DNA from: Candidatus Sulfomarinibacteraceae bacterium
GTDB taxonomy: Bacteria > Acidobacteriota > Thermoanaerobaculia > Thermoanaerobaculales > Sulfomarinibacteraceae
DNA: 64,000 nt
Reading direction: 5' to 3'
Assembly (NCBI GenBank): GCA_963823345.1
Contig: CAWGLE010000013.1
Coordinates: 542,517 to 606,516, forward strand
Made by a program: the position numbers and the translations under genes. Position 1 is the stretch's first letter, and every line of letters starts with the position of its first letter. The notes beneath the pieces are model-generated. The model saw nothing but the letters and a program-made list of their open reading frames with translations, did no database searches and had not been told where the DNA came from. Below, in pieces: positions 8,788 through 21,365 of this stretch.

Positions 8788-9582
8788 ATGACCACCTTTC
8801 AGAAAATAGCCGGCATCGCGACCCTCGCGATCGTCCTCGCCGTTTCGGTCGTCTCTGCCGAGGACGTTCAGCAGACCTCCGAAGCGGAGGCGGCGGCCAA
8901 CGCCGCGATCGCCCAGCTCGCCGGATGGCAGACCCAGGCGGCGCGAAAGACCCTCGAGGCGAAAAAGGACAAGCTCGGCTCCACCCCTGAGTTCAAGACG
9001 GCGTGGGCGCTGCTCGAGATGCAGGAGGCGGCCGCCGCCGGCAAGGCTGCTCCCGCCAGCGGCACCGGAGCGCTCGCTCAAATGGCGAAAGCCCAGTCCG
9101 CCGATGCCGTAGCCCAATACTGGGAAGGCGAGAATTACTACCAGCAGAAAAAGAACAGCGAAGCCGCCGCGTCCTGGCAGGCGGCGGCCAAGAGCGCCGA
9201 AAAACTGGTCAAGGCCGACCCCACGAATGCCACCGCCCAGTTCTACCTCGGCGCCGCCCTTGCCCGCCAGAAGAAGTACGACCCCGCGCTCAAGGCTCTG
9301 CGGCTCGCCGTCCGCGGCGGGTTCGACGAAGCGATGGTCAACCAGCAGATCGGCCTCATCTACCTCTACCAGCAGAAATGGAAGGAGGCCAAGGATGCCT
9401 TCGACGTCGGGCTCAAGGTCAATCCCCGTTTCGCCCCCATGTACTACTGGCGAGGGATGGCGTGGGAAAAGCTCGGCAGGAAAGACAACCTGCTGCTCGA
9501 TCTCGACCAGTATGTGAAGCTCGCACCCAATGGACCCGAGGCGAGCAAGGCGAAAGCGATCCTCAAATCAGGCGGCGGCTGA
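8788..9582 (+). CDS. exported tetratricopeptide repeat protein
   Basis: RBS AAGGAGGA, N-terminal signal peptide (..AVSVVSA|ED), TPR-like helices (AQFYLGAAL, MYYWRGMAW). Confidence 0.85.
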   Translation: MTTFQKIAGIATLAIVLAVSVVSAEDVQQTSEAEAAANAAIAQLAGWQTQAARKTLEAKKDKLGSTPEFKTAWALLEMQEAAAAGKAAPASGTGALAQMAKAQSADAVAQYWEGENYYQQKKNSEAAASWQAAAKSAEKLVKADPTNATAQFYLGAALARQKKYDPALKALRLAVRGGFDEAMVNQQIGLIYLYQQKWKEAKDAFDVGLKVNPRFAPMYYWRGMAWEKLGRKDNLLLDLDQYVKLAPNGPEASKAKAILKSGGG

Positions 9583-9588
9583 TTTCGC

Positions 9589-9896
9589 GATCAGTGCTGT
9601 CCACGACTGATCCCCATCTGACCTTGCCACACTGAAAACACTGGAGTTGAAGATCGGTCAATGCCATTTTCAGAACGAGGTCCTCAACGACAGAAAACGG
9701 CTGTCCAGGTCTCGTACTGAGACACGGGTGAACCGAGATACTGGAAACATCTCTGAAGGTTGGCCAAGGCCCACCCTACGAACCCGCGCGAAACTTGGGT
9801 CCGAAGTAGGGTGGGCCTTGGCCCACCTTCAGGCCCGCCGCGGTCGGGGTGGGGCCTGAATGTGATTTCGAGCAGTCCACGATGCCGTCTTGGACA
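9589..9896. mobile_element. non-autonomous REP-containing element, copy 1 (308 bp)
   Basis: Near-identical reverse complement of 48945-49356. Contains an inverted pair of GTAGGGTGGGCCTTGGCCCACC REPs. Near-terminal inverted repeats TGTCCA(C/A)GAC / GTCTTGGACA. Confidence 0.85.
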
Positions 9897-9912
9897 AGAT
9901 TGTTTCGCGATA

Positions 9913-10022
9913 CAGGATGCAGGTCCCAGGATCCGGCGCAACAGGCCCCGACAACCTGTGACCGGGGTTCATGATTTCGGTGCATCCTGAATCCTGTCAC
10001 CTGCATCCTGTGACCTGCATCC
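9913..10022. repeat. inverted CAGGATG / CATCCTG short-repeat arrays
   Basis: CAGGATGCAGGTCCCAGGATCC ... GCATCCTGAATCCTGTCACCTGCATCCTGTGACCTGCATCC, between convergent genes. Confidence 0.65.
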
Positions 10023-10025
10023 GAC

Positions 10026-13000
10026 CTAGAACGGCCGGCCGATCCCGAGGTAGAACTTCATCTTCTTCGAGCTGATGCCGACGTCGGCCACCGGCCACGC
10101 GACATCGGCCCACACGGCACCGATGGGCGTCGACCACCGCAGCCCCACGCCGGCACCCACCGCCAGGTCGAGATCGGCCTCACGCCAGCTCGGCCACACC
10201 TGGCCGACGTCGGCAAAAACCGCCAACCGTACCGCCCCCCACACCGGGATCCTGAGCTCCTCGTTGAGGATGAAAAGGGCGCCGCCGCCCGCCGGCACCA
10301 GCGCCCCGTCGAACCCGAACGTCACCGGCCCGACGGTGTTGAGATCGAAGCCCCGGATCGACGACTGCCCGCCGGCGAAGAATCGGGCATCCCGCACCAG
10401 GTTCTGTCCCTGGAGCGGCTCGGCCACGCCGAGCCGTGCCGTCTGCAGCCAGGTCGCGCCCGCAAAGGGCTCCACCGCGAGGCTGAAGTTACTCAACCAG
10501 CTGATGTAGTCGAGATCCGAGCCGAGCGCCTGCAGGCTCCACCCGAGGTCGGAGGTGAGGCCGTAGCCCGTGCGGGGGTCGAAGAGGTTGTCGAAGCGGT
10601 CCACGACCGCCCGCACGCCGACGGTACCGATCTTGACCCGGATGTCGAGCGGGAAGAAAGGATCGGGATCCTTTTCAAACGTCCTCGTGTCGGTGTACCG
10701 GTAGTAGAGACCGATCTGGGTCCGGCCCGAAAGGGCGTAGGCCGCCTCCAGCGACGCGAGCTTCTCCTCCTGGCTCAGGAGGTCCGGCGCGTCCACCGCA
10801 TCCCCCTCGACGTAGCCGATGGTCGAGATCAGCGACAGGCGGCCCCCCGGCACCGGCGGCAGCGACCCGATCAGCAGGAGCCTCTTTTCGGTCGAGCCCC
10901 ACCCGCCTCTGAGATTGAGCCCAACGCCGCGGCCGAACAGGTCGTCGTCCCGAAGGCCGAAGCTCGCGGTCGCACCGCGCTCGGTGCTCCACCCACCGCC
11001 GACCTCACCCGCCCAGCGGTCCTTTTCCACGACCTCGAGGGCGACATCGACCTCGGAGGCGCCGACGTCGCGGGTCCGCACCTCGACCCCTTCGATCGGC
11101 GCGAAGTTCGCGATCTGCGAGGCCGACTGATCAAGAGCCTCGTCGGTGACGACCTCACCCCGGGCGACCGTGATTCCCTTGTCGAGCACCTTCCGGTTGA
11201 CGTGCCTCACGCCGGAGTACTCGACGTTGCGCAGCAGCCGCAACCTGCCCGGCTCCAGTCCGACCTCGACCGCCCACCTCCCGTCTGCAGGAGAACGGAA
11301 CTCACTGTGCGCACGGGCCTCGCGGTAGCCCGCCCGGATGTAAGCGTTGCGGAGATTCCGGGTCGCGGCATCGATCGCTTCGCGATCCAGGGGCTGGCCG
11401 GCTCGCACGCCGAATGTCTCCGCCGCCATGAGCCCCAGCGGATCGCTGCCGACCAGCACGACCTCGTCGATCGTCTGTCGAGGGCCCACTTCAACATTGA
11501 TCCGGACCTCGGCGGTGGACGGGTTGCGGCGGACCACCTCGACCGAACGAACCTCCGCACTCAAATAGCCGAACGTCGCCAGTCGGCGCTCCACCGCCCG
11601 GGCCAGCGCGTCCTGTTTGCGCGACATCAGAACAACCACGTGCGCCGACCCCAGCTGCGACCTGAGAGCGACCTCGACGTCGTCCGGCAGGCCGTCGAAG
11701 AACGGCCCTTCGAGCTTCATTTCCTGGCCGCGCCGGGCGTCGACGATGATCAGGTCTCCCAGCCGCTCGACCGAAACCTCGGCATCGGGGAATCCCGCCA
11801 GAGCCAGATACCGTGTCACCAATCCGCCCATCGCCTGAAGCGACGCCTCCTCGAGCGGGGGCGGCTGGTACATCGAGGTCGCCTCGGCCCGCACGTGGCT
11901 CGGCGGGGTGTCTCCCACGAACCTGACGAATTGCGGTCGCCCGGGATCGCAGCGGAAGACCAGAGTCGGCGATCGCTCGTCGCCCTCTTGAACGGCCGTC
12001 ACTCTGGCGTTCTGGTATCCGTTTCCGGCCATCGTCCGTTCCATGCGAACCGATGCGACGAACAGCAGAAACGGGTCGAACGGCTGGCCCCGTCGCAGGC
12101 CCGTGGCCTTTTTCAGCCACCTCTTGGACATCGGCCAATCGCCCTCGAGCTCGAGACGATGGATCTCGGGGCGGGCGAGCGTCGGAGCCGTCCCTCCCCA
12201 ACTGAACCGTTGAAAGAGGGCGGTTCCCACGTTGTCGTCGACCGTTTCCTGAAAGACCTGAGCCACCAGTCCGCGGAGACCGCGGATGTTCCAGCCCTGG
12301 AGCATGGTCATCCGGTCCTGCACGTCGGTCAGGTTGGCGGACAGAAAAAGGACCAGGTTCCGGTTGAGCCGTTGACCGACCATGAAGTTGACGCTCGGGT
12401 CGCGTTCGATCTGACCGGCGATGTCTTCCGGTCTCAGCGTCTCGTTCTCGAAGCCGAGCACGCTGCTCAAACCCTGCGCCAACCCGCGGGTTGCCACCAG
12501 AGTCGGGTCGAAGTCCGCCCCATTTTCCTCGCCTCCGACCAACGTCAAATCGGATTCGGGCACGATCTCCACGAGCGGATCGATCGTCGGATCGCCGGTG
12601 AACTCCAGCGTCCCCCGCCTCACCTTGATTTCCCGCCCACCGAGACCGATGGTCCCTCCGGGTGCGATCCGGACCGAACCCTGGACGTGAGGTTCGGCTG
12701 CGCTGCCGCCGATTCGTAAGAACGTCCCACGTTACGTCGAACCGGCCGAGATTGTTGTCGACCTTGACACCCGATCGGCCGCGGACGCTGATGTCGAGGC
12801 TGATGTCGTGGAGCGGGTCGTCCGCCGCCAACTCGACGTCGCCGCCGCCGAGCACCGCCGACGTGAAGTCGAACGGCTCGTCCCACAGCCCCGCCACCAG
12901 CGTCAGATCGCCGGCCACGTGGGCCATGACGTCGGACCTCGGCTCGACCACCAGGTCGCCGTCCCACTTGGTGAGGGTCCCCTGGAAGAACAGCGTCACG

Positions 13001-15920
13001 TCGTCGATTTCGAAAACGACGCCCTGTCCTGATTTCGGGTCCCAACCACCGCCGAGGAGCACCGTGCCCCGATTGACGTCCGCCGAACCGTCGACGATGT
13101 CGATTCTCCCGTCTTGCACCCTGGCCGAGAGCCGGAGCTTTCGGATTTCCACCGGCGGATCGCGCATGACGATGGCGCCGTCCCCGTGATCCAGCGTCAA
13201 TGTTCCGGTGGCGGACTCCAACAACATGTCGTCGGCGACCGGAAGGTGGAGGTCTCCCACGATGCTGAAAGGTCCGCGGACGCTGACGGGCAGTTGCAGC
13301 AGCCGCGCCAGGTCTTCGTTGATGACCGCGCTCAAGCGACCATCGACGCTCTCCCGCGCAGGATCGTACGAGGCCTCGACCTCGATGCGACTGTCGAACC
13401 CGACCAGGGCGACCGGTTCGATATGGACCTGCCGTCCGTCAATCCGCAGCTCCACGTCGCCGTCGGCGGCCAGCTCGCCGGTCGGATGGATGAGGCGGAG
13501 ACCGCGCGCCGTGGCGGTCATCCTGGGGTGATCCGGCTCGAGCGGGTTCCACTCGAAGTCCGCCTCGATGTCGGCGACGATCTCGGAGCCGAAGACTTCG
13601 ATCGCCAACATCTCCGCAACCGGTCCGAACGTGGCTCTCGTCGGCTTTCACGTGGCCGTTGATCGCGCCGCGCGGTGCATCGGGCCACAACCAGGTCGGC
13701 CTCTCGACGTCTCCGAGGGGCACCTCGGCGACGACCTCCAACGTTCCGGCGCGGGTCGCCGTCTCGTCCACGGCGGCCCGCAGGATTCCGCCTTGCAGGC
13801 TGAGCCGAAGCAGGAGCCGATCGACAACCGGGTGCGGCCCCTCGGATTCCCAGACCAGATTCACATCTGCCTCGGGGCGGCTCACGGTCCCGCCGATATC
13901 GGCCCTGCCCGACATCAGGCCGACCGAGTGCTCCGGCACGGTGATGGGCAGCGCGGCAAGACCGAGTCCGCTGCCACGACAGGTGCGCTTGGACCTCCGC
14001 ATCGAGGTCCGTCAGCGGCGCCCGCATCCGCCCCTCGATGACGCCGTCGAAGATCTCGACCTTCAGCCCCTCGAGGACCACCGCCTCCGGTACGACGGTG
14101 AACCCGGTCTGGACGTGCGGCACGGTGAGAAGTTCATTGCCGACGTCGCGGCCGTCAACCCGCCCTTCGACCCGGTAGCCGCCGCCGGACCACGCGAACG
14201 ATCCGGTCCCCTCGATCCGCCCGTGGAGTTCGCCGGCTGCATCCGCCGGCAGGTACTGCGCCGCCCTCGCGAGATCCGTGATCGAAAAGCTCCAGTCCGC
14301 GGTGACGCTGCCGTCGGCCGGCCGTGCCGTTCCCCGCGCCTCGAAGTTCGATGCACCGTCGACATCGACCTCGGCCTGCCACTGGACGTCGTCCATGCCT
14401 CCGGTACCCCGCACGGCGGCCCTCGCGAGGCGGCGACCGGCGACCTCGGGTCGCGACCAGGTCATGTCCACCGCCACCGCCGGATCCGTCAACGCACCGT
14501 CGATCCGCACGGTGCCCGCAAGGGGTCCCCCGCCGATTCCGAGCAGTGCCACGTCGGGATACCACGCTTCGAGGGCCGTCGCCGACCGGGACGGATCGGC
14601 CACCGTCAGCTCGGCTTCGGCCCGCACCCGGCCGTCGGGACCGACAGCGCCGCTCGCGGTGGCAACAACGCCGGCGAGCTGCGCTTCGATCTTCGGGATT
14701 CGCCACTCGTCTCCGACACCGGCGCCGCGGAGCGCGACGCGCCCATCCGACCACGCCACGACCAGGTCGACATCGGCGGCGAGGGTGGCGGGAACAACCG
14801 GAAACGAAAACGTCGCGTCGATCCGCCCGGTCGCGGTCGTCGGGCCTCGCACGGCGGCGGCGACCTGGGGGGCCGCAAACGCCAGCAAGCGATCGATCGG
14901 CGCTCGGGCCAGTTGGGCGGATAACGACGTCGCGCCGGTTTCGTCGAGCCTCACCTCGGCGCGACCCCATCCCGATCCGCCCACCGTCACGGCCGGTCGC
15001 CCGTCAACGTACAACAGTTCGAGCTCTTCGAGATCGTAGCCCGCAAGACCCAGGGGAGCGCCGCGGTGCTCGAGGTCGACGGCGAGACCGCCGTCTGCCG
15101 CGAGCTCGACGGTGCCGGCCAGGACCGCACGGCCCTCGGGAGCGAGACCCGTGACCAGATTGGGGTCCCACCACTCGGCCAGCGTTCGAACGTCGGCCTC
15201 GATCCGGACGTCGAACCGACCCGCCGTCACGGGAGACTGCGCCAGCCGGCCGGACGTCGCCAGGCTCGCCGCCTCCCCTTCGGCCTCCAGCCGGCGGACC
15301 ACGACGCCGTCGGCCGCAGCCTCCACGTCCAGCACCAGGGGGCCAAAGGTCAGATCGCGTCCCGCCCGCCTGACCGCCAGACTGCCGGCCTCGACCTTGG
15401 CTGTTGCCCTGCCACCCGCCAGTTCAGCGCGCATCGCGACCTCGTCGAGCTCGGCATGAATTTCCGGAACGCTGCCGGAAGCCCTGCCACCCGAGACCTC
15501 GAGCAAGCCGATCTCGAACGCGCCCCAGATGTCGAACTCCGACGCGGACGCGGCCTCGTCACGAGCCGGCGGCAGCGCGTCGGAAAAAAATTCCGGACCC
15601 CGTATGACGATCGACTCGATGCGGCGCGGTTCGGCGGTGAGCCTGCGCCACTTCCAGTCGGCCCCGATCGCTTCCACCGTGAGGACCGTTCGTCCCTCCA
15701 TGCTGACCGTGACATCACGCATTGCCAGCCGGGCGGGGAAGGCGCGCAACCTGACGTCGCCGGCCTCGATCCGGATACCGGTGGATTCCTCGACCAGCCC
15801 GGCCACCGCATCCCAGGCCCGGCGCTGGACGGCCGCGTGGTGGACGACGGCGACCGCAGCAAGAACAGCGGCCACGACCGCGGTCGCCAGCACCAGAACG
15901 ATCTTCGTTCGTTTCGTCAC
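10026..15920 (-). CDS. TamB/AsmA-like protein fused to POTRA domains and an Omp85 (TamA/BamA) beta-barrel; three apparent frameshifts (~13975, ~13620, ~12715)
   Basis: N-terminal membrane anchor and a long beta-rich AsmA-like region. DUF490-like C-terminal part (RGTLEFTGDPTIDP) is in frame with POTRA repeats and a barrel carrying FFAGGQSSIRGF and terminal FYLGIGRPF. Confidence 0.8.
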
Positions 15921-16053
15921 GGGAGCAGTTTACAGCCACCCGGGTTTTCGCCGACGACCGGCGCCGGTCGACAGGGATCTATCGCTCAATCCGTGAACGA
16001 TTTGGAGTTGACAGTGGACGCGAGGTTGCATAGGCTGGCGGCAAACGAGGAGC

Positions 16054-18862
16054 GTGAGACTGTTGGCCACACCGCTGGAGCAACTCGAGGGAAAGTACGA
16101 ACTTCTCGAGAAGATCCGTGAAGGTGGGATGGGCTCCGTTTACAAGGTTCGCCACCAGCTGCTCGACGAGGTCCGGGTCATCAAGGTGATGCGACCGCAG
16201 CTGGCGGACGATGAGACCCTCAAGACCCGGTTTCTGCGCGAGGCCAAGATGGCGATCCGGCTGCACCACCCGAATCTCGCGCAGATCTACGACTTCACCA
16301 TGGATGACAACGGCTACGCCTATCTGGTGATGGAGTTCATCGACGGGCTCAACCTCCAGGACGTGATCAAGGTCCTCGGCCGACCTTCGCCCGGCCTGGT
16401 CCTCGAGATCGCCGACCAGAGCCTCGACGCCATCGGCTATCTCCACCGCAAGCGGGTGATTCACCGGGACATCTCGCCCGACAACATCCTCGTCGCCCGC
16501 GACGACGAGGGTCTGCCGCTGATCAAGCTCATCGACCTCGGAATCGCCAAAGACCGCGAAGGCGAAGACTCTCTGACCTCTGCAGGCACCTTCCTCGGCA
16601 AAGTCCGCTACTCCTCCCCGGAGCACTTCCGAACCCACGAGGGCGCGACGGTTGGAACACGCAGTGACCTCTACTCCTTCGGCGTCGTGCTGTACGAACT
16701 CCTCACCGGCACGTATCCCATCAAGGGCGCCAACATCGCCTCGCTGATCTCCGGTCACCTCATGCACCCGCCGCTGGACTTCGACACCTCCGATCCGGAC
16801 GGGTTGATCCCGGGACCGTTGCGGGCAATCGTTCTCAAGGCGATGGCCAAAAATCCCGAAGATCGCTTCGAGTCGGCGGCTAGCTTTCGCCAGGCCCTGG
16901 CCCCGTTTCGTGCCGAGTGGTCGGTGGAAAGGGACCATCTGAGGGCGATCTTCGACATCCCGACTCTTACCACGCGGAGCATCCGCACCATCAAACCCGG
17001 CAGCACCCAGAGCCGGATCGATCGCAATTTCGGGATCTCCCCGACTCCGACGCCGGGCAACATCTCCGATATCGACGATGACATCGAAAGTTCCGGCACC
17101 ATCGACACCGGAAACGAGGAGCGGGGCCGCACGAGCGACGGGAACGAGGCCAGCCAGAGTCAGGTCCGGGCATTGTTGTTGGGAGCGGGCAAGCTCGTCG
17201 AGGGTCGCCACTTTGACGAGGCCCGGCTGCAGCTCGCGACCGTGCTCGAGCTGGCGCCCGACAACACGGAGGCGAAGAGGCTCCTCACGGTGGTGGAGGC
17301 CGCGGACGTCAAGTTGCAGAAACGCCGGCAGAAGGCGGTCGACGAGGTCAGGAAGTTCATCCTCTCAGGGGACTTCGACCGCGCCGAGGCCCGCGTCAGA
17401 ACCGCGATCGAAACCGACGGCGCCGCCGAGATCATGGACCGGGTGGCGGCGGAAATCACCGACGCGAAAGAGCGCTTCGAAGAGCGGCGCCGCCGACTCG
17501 AGGCATTAACCTCGGAGTCCGATCGGCTGGCCGCCGACGGGTGCTTTGAAGAGGCACTGTCGCTGCTCCAGGAAGCCCTCGAGATCGACCCCGGAAATCC
17601 GGATCTCCGATCCCGGGTCGAAACCGCCAGAACCGGATTGGCGAAACAGCGCGTCGAGCAGCGCAGAGAAAAGGAGATCAGCGATTCGGCCTCCACCATC
17701 GCGAAACACGTCGAAGCCGGAGACGCGGAGCAGGCGGAGAGAGCCCTGGCAGTCGCCGTCAAGCTCTACGGCGCCCGTGACGTTTTCGCGGACCTCGCCG
17801 AGAGGATCGCCCAGGTGCGTACGGTCCAGCGTCGGGCGGCCGCCGAGGAACTTCAGAAAAAAGCCCGGGAGTTCATGGAAGAGGGTGATTTCGATTCCGC
17901 CATTGAAGCCCTCGAGGAGACCCATCGGATCGCCCCGGAAGCGGAACAGACCGACAGTTTGCTCGCCGCGGCGCGCGAAGGGCTCCGGCTTCAGGAGGAA
18001 GCGAGACGTCGCAGGACGGCCATTGACCAGGCTGCGCTGAAGATCGACAGGCTGATCCTCGCCGGCCGCCTCGAGTCGGCGGTGCGTTTGGTCGATACGA
18101 CGGTGCAGGAGCTGGGCGCCTTCGACGAGGCCGATGCTCTGCGTCAACGCCTCAAAAAAGAGATCGAGGCGATCAAGTCCACACTCGGGCAGTGTCGAAA
18201 AGAAGCTCGAGCTGGCGATGAAGCACTCGGCCGAAGACCATTTTGCAGAAGCGCAGGAAGCACTCGAATCGGCCAGGGAGCTGGCGTCGGACACGCCCGA
18301 AGCCGTCGAGCTGGTGGTCGAAACCGAGCAGGAGGTCCAGCGGCGGGTCGACGCCCACCGGCGCCGACTGGCCATCGAAAAAGTCGTCGGCAGCGTCGGT
18401 CGGCAGCTGGCAAAGGGCGCCATCGACGAGGCGCAGCGTGAACTCTCGGTGGCGCGCCGCCTGTACGGCGCCTCGGACGTCTTCGAGGACCTGCATTCGA
18501 AGATCGATGCGAAAGGACGCGAGTTGCGAAAACTCGAGATCGACCGCCTGGTCCAGCAGGCCCTCGAGGATGACCGCCCGTTCGACGAGATCTTCGCCGC
18601 CCTGGAGTCCGCCCTCGCTCTCGATCCTCACGACGAACGGGTCCAACGCCTCCTCGTGCAGACAAAAACAGCCCAGCGCAGAATCGACGATCTGAGGGTC
18701 GAGGAAACCGCCGCCGGGGCCATGGACAGGATCGACCGGCTGATTGCCGACGGCGACGCCGGGGCTGCGCTGGCGACGCTCGACCGTGCGGTTCGGGATC
18801 ACGGCGAATTCCGCACCGCCCGGCTGCTGCGCAGCCGCTTGAGCTCGCACCTCGAAGGCTGA
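16054..18862 (+). CDS. Hanks-type Ser/Thr protein kinase with long TPR-like helical C-terminus; apparent frameshift ~18188
   Basis: Motifs EGGMGSVY, RFLREA, HRDISPDN, LIDLGIAK, YSSPE, SDLYSFGVVLYELLTG. Helical repeats continue in the 18134..18862 frame after a GGG run. Confidence 0.88.
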
Positions 18863-18972
18863 ACCCATTTACCACGGTGATAGACTGAAAGAGGTGGCCG
18901 AAACTGCCGGATATCATTGCAGTTCGATCCACCGGGAGCATCCGCCGTGGTGGATGACGAGAGGTAACGGGC

Positions 18973-21228
18973 GTGTTCGACCTTCTGTCCTGGATCGGCA
19001 AACGGGGACCGGACCCGCGTTCGACCGGCTCCGACCACGGAGGCGGAAGCGCAGGGCGTGAAGCCGTCATCTGCACCCGCGACCGCAAGCTCGAGGACGA
19101 GCTCAAGACAGCCCTGACCGGACGGGGATATCTCTGCGCGACCGTTCGCAACACCTGGGCCGCACGGTACTCGGTACGGCGCAGCGCTCCGGAGTTGGTC
19201 GTCATCGACTGGCGGATGGGTCACCATCACGCCGCCAAGCTCGCCGAGGCGCTGTCGAATTCCGAAACCACCGGGGTGCGCTCGACCCTGGCGCTGCTGC
19301 CCGCCGACGATCCGACGGAGCTTTCCACGATCCTGGACCTCGGAGTCAACGATTTCGTCATGCTGCCGCTGATCCGCGAGCAGCTCCACGCCCGCCTCAG
19401 CCTCATCGAAACGCGGCACCGCGAACTCGACCAGATGCGCGGTTTCCAGCGCAGCCTCGAGGCCGAGTATGACCGCTTTCTGCTCGCCACCGGCGGCCGC
19501 GGCGACGGCATCTGGGACCTCGACCTGACGACGGAGACCATTCATTTTTCCGACCGCTGGAAACGGATGCTCGGTTTCGAGCCCGACGATTTCGAGGACA
19601 CCCTGGAAGCCTGGTTGAGCCGCGTTCACGCCGATGACCTGAACCGGCTCAGGGCGGTCATCGACGCCGGCATCGCGGGCGAAATCACTGTCATCGAACA
19701 GCGCTACCGGATGCAGATGAAGGACGGTCGCTACCGATGGATGCTCGCTCGCGGGGAAGTGGTGTGTGACGACCGGGGTTCGGCCGTCAGAGTGGTGGGA
19801 CGGCAGACCGATGTCGACCAGGAGGACGAGACGCGGGAGGCCGTGCGGTCTTCCGGTCTCCAGGACCCGCTCACCCATCTTCCCAACCGCGCCGTGCTGA
19901 TGGACCGTCTCCGGCACGCCTTCGCGAGGGCCGAGCGTGACCGCGAACAGGGTTTTGCCGTTCTGTTCTTCGACCTCGACCGGTTCAAAAACGTCAACGA
20001 CAGCCTCGGCCACATGATCGGCGACCAGCTCCTGCGGGCGATCTCCCACCGGGTCGAAAAGGCCTGCCGGCCCGGTGACACGGTGGCGCGATTCGGCGGC
20101 GACGAGTTCGTGATTCTGGTCGAGGACATCAAGGACATCCGTGGGGCGACGGTGGCGGCCGAGCGCATCCAGGAGGAGTTCAGGGTGCCCTTCGACCTCG
20201 ACGGCACCGAGGTCTTCGCCACCATCAGCATCGGCATCGCGTTGTGGAACCCCGAGTACAAGCGCCCCGAAGACATCTTGCGGGACTCCGACACCGCCAT
20301 GTACCGGGCGAAGTCCATGGGGCGGAACAGCTTTGCCGTCTTCGACGACGCGATGCACCGCAACGTGGTCGCGACTCTCCGGCTGGAGAACGACCTGCGG
20401 CGCGCTCTCGCGCGCAAGGAGTTTCGGGTCTTCTACCAGCCCATCGTCGCCATCGACGACGGACGCATTGCCGGTTTCGAGGCTCTGGTGCGGTGGCAGC
20501 ACCCCGACCGCGGTCTCCTCATGCCCGGCGCATTCATCTCGGTGGCCGAGGAGATGGGGGCGATCATCCAGCTCGACCGCTGGGTGGCCGAGGAGGCCTG
20601 CAAACAGCTGCGGGTGTGGCAACAGAAGTTCCGCGCCCACTCCAAGGTCTCGATGTCGGTCAACCTCTCGACCACCCAGCTCATGCGTCCGGACGTGGTC
20701 GCCGGCATCGACCTCATCCTGCGCAACAGCGGGCTTTACGGCAAGAGCCTCAAGCTCGAGGTCACCGAGAGCGTGCTCATGGAAAACGCCCAGTACGCGT
20801 CGGCCGTCCTCGAGCAACTCAAGGCTCTCAACATCGCCATCAGCATCGACGATTTCGGGACCGGTTACTCGTCGCTCGCCTACCTCCGCAGGTTCCCGAT
20901 CGACACGCTCAAGATCGACTACTCCTTCGTCAAGCGGATGCTGGAAGACGAGGAGAGCTCGGAGATCGTGCGGACGATTGTCACCCTGGCCAAGAACCTC
21001 GGCAAGGACACCGTCGCCGAGGGCGTGGAAACACGATCCCAGTTCCAGGCCCTGGTCGACCTCGACGTCAACATGATCCAGGGCTACTTCGTCGCTCCAC
21101 CGCTGCCCAAAGAGGTCGCGGAAAGCCTGCTCGAACGCACCGCCGGCCATCCCAACCACCTCGCGAAGATCCTCGCCGACCGCATGCAGGGCTCCGGCTC
21201 GGCCGCCAAGAGCGCTGCAGCGAGCTAG
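18973..21228 (+). CDS. receiver-like/PAS/GGDEF/EAL c-di-GMP signalling protein
   Basis: REC-like LVVIDW, PAS (DGIWDLDL..WLSRVHADD..DGRYRW), RFGGDEF, FEALVRW, DDFGTGYSSL. Confidence 0.93.
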   Translation: MFDLLSWIGKRGPDPRSTGSDHGGGSAGREAVICTRDRKLEDELKTALTGRGYLCATVRNTWAARYSVRRSAPELVVIDWRMGHHHAAKLAEALSNSETTGVRSTLALLPADDPTELSTILDLGVNDFVMLPLIREQLHARLSLIETRHRELDQMRGFQRSLEAEYDRFLLATGGRGDGIWDLDLTTETIHFSDRWKRMLGFEPDDFEDTLEAWLSRVHADDLNRLRAVIDAGIAGEITVIEQRYRMQMKDGRYRWMLARGEVVCDDRGSAVRVVGRQTDVDQEDETREAVRSSGLQDPLTHLPNRAVLMDRLRHAFARAERDREQGFAVLFFDLDRFKNVNDSLGHMIGDQLLRAISHRVEKACRPGDTVARFGGDEFVILVEDIKDIRGATVAAERIQEEFRVPFDLDGTEVFATISIGIALWNPEYKRPEDILRDSDTAMYRAKSMGRNSFAVFDDAMHRNVVATLRLENDLRRALARKEFRVFYQPIVAIDDGRIAGFEALVRWQHPDRGLLMPGAFISVAEEMGAIIQLDRWVAEEACKQLRVWQQKFRAHSKVSMSVNLSTTQLMRPDVVAGIDLILRNSGLYGKSLKLEVTESVLMENAQYASAVLEQLKALNIAISIDDFGTGYSSLAYLRRFPIDTLKIDYSFVKRMLEDEESSEIVRTIVTLAKNLGKDTVAEGVETRSQFQALVDLDVNMIQGYFVAPPLPKEVAESLLERTAGHPNHLAKILADRMQGSGSAAKSAAAS

Positions 21229-21261
21229 GCCGCAGGCCCCCGCCCCCGCCCGTCCGAATCC

Positions 21262-21270
21262 TGCTACAAT
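21262..21270 (+). promoter_or_regulatory. extended -10 promoter element for aceEF
   Basis: TGCTACAAT (TGn-TAcAAT) about 95 nt upstream of the aceE ATG. Confidence 0.4.
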
Positions 21271-21365
21271 TTCCCTGAAACTGAAACACAGTTGCGGATT
21301 CGTTTGTTACCAGAATCGGACCGGCGGCGGTCCCCGACCCGACAATCAACGAACTCGAGGTATTC

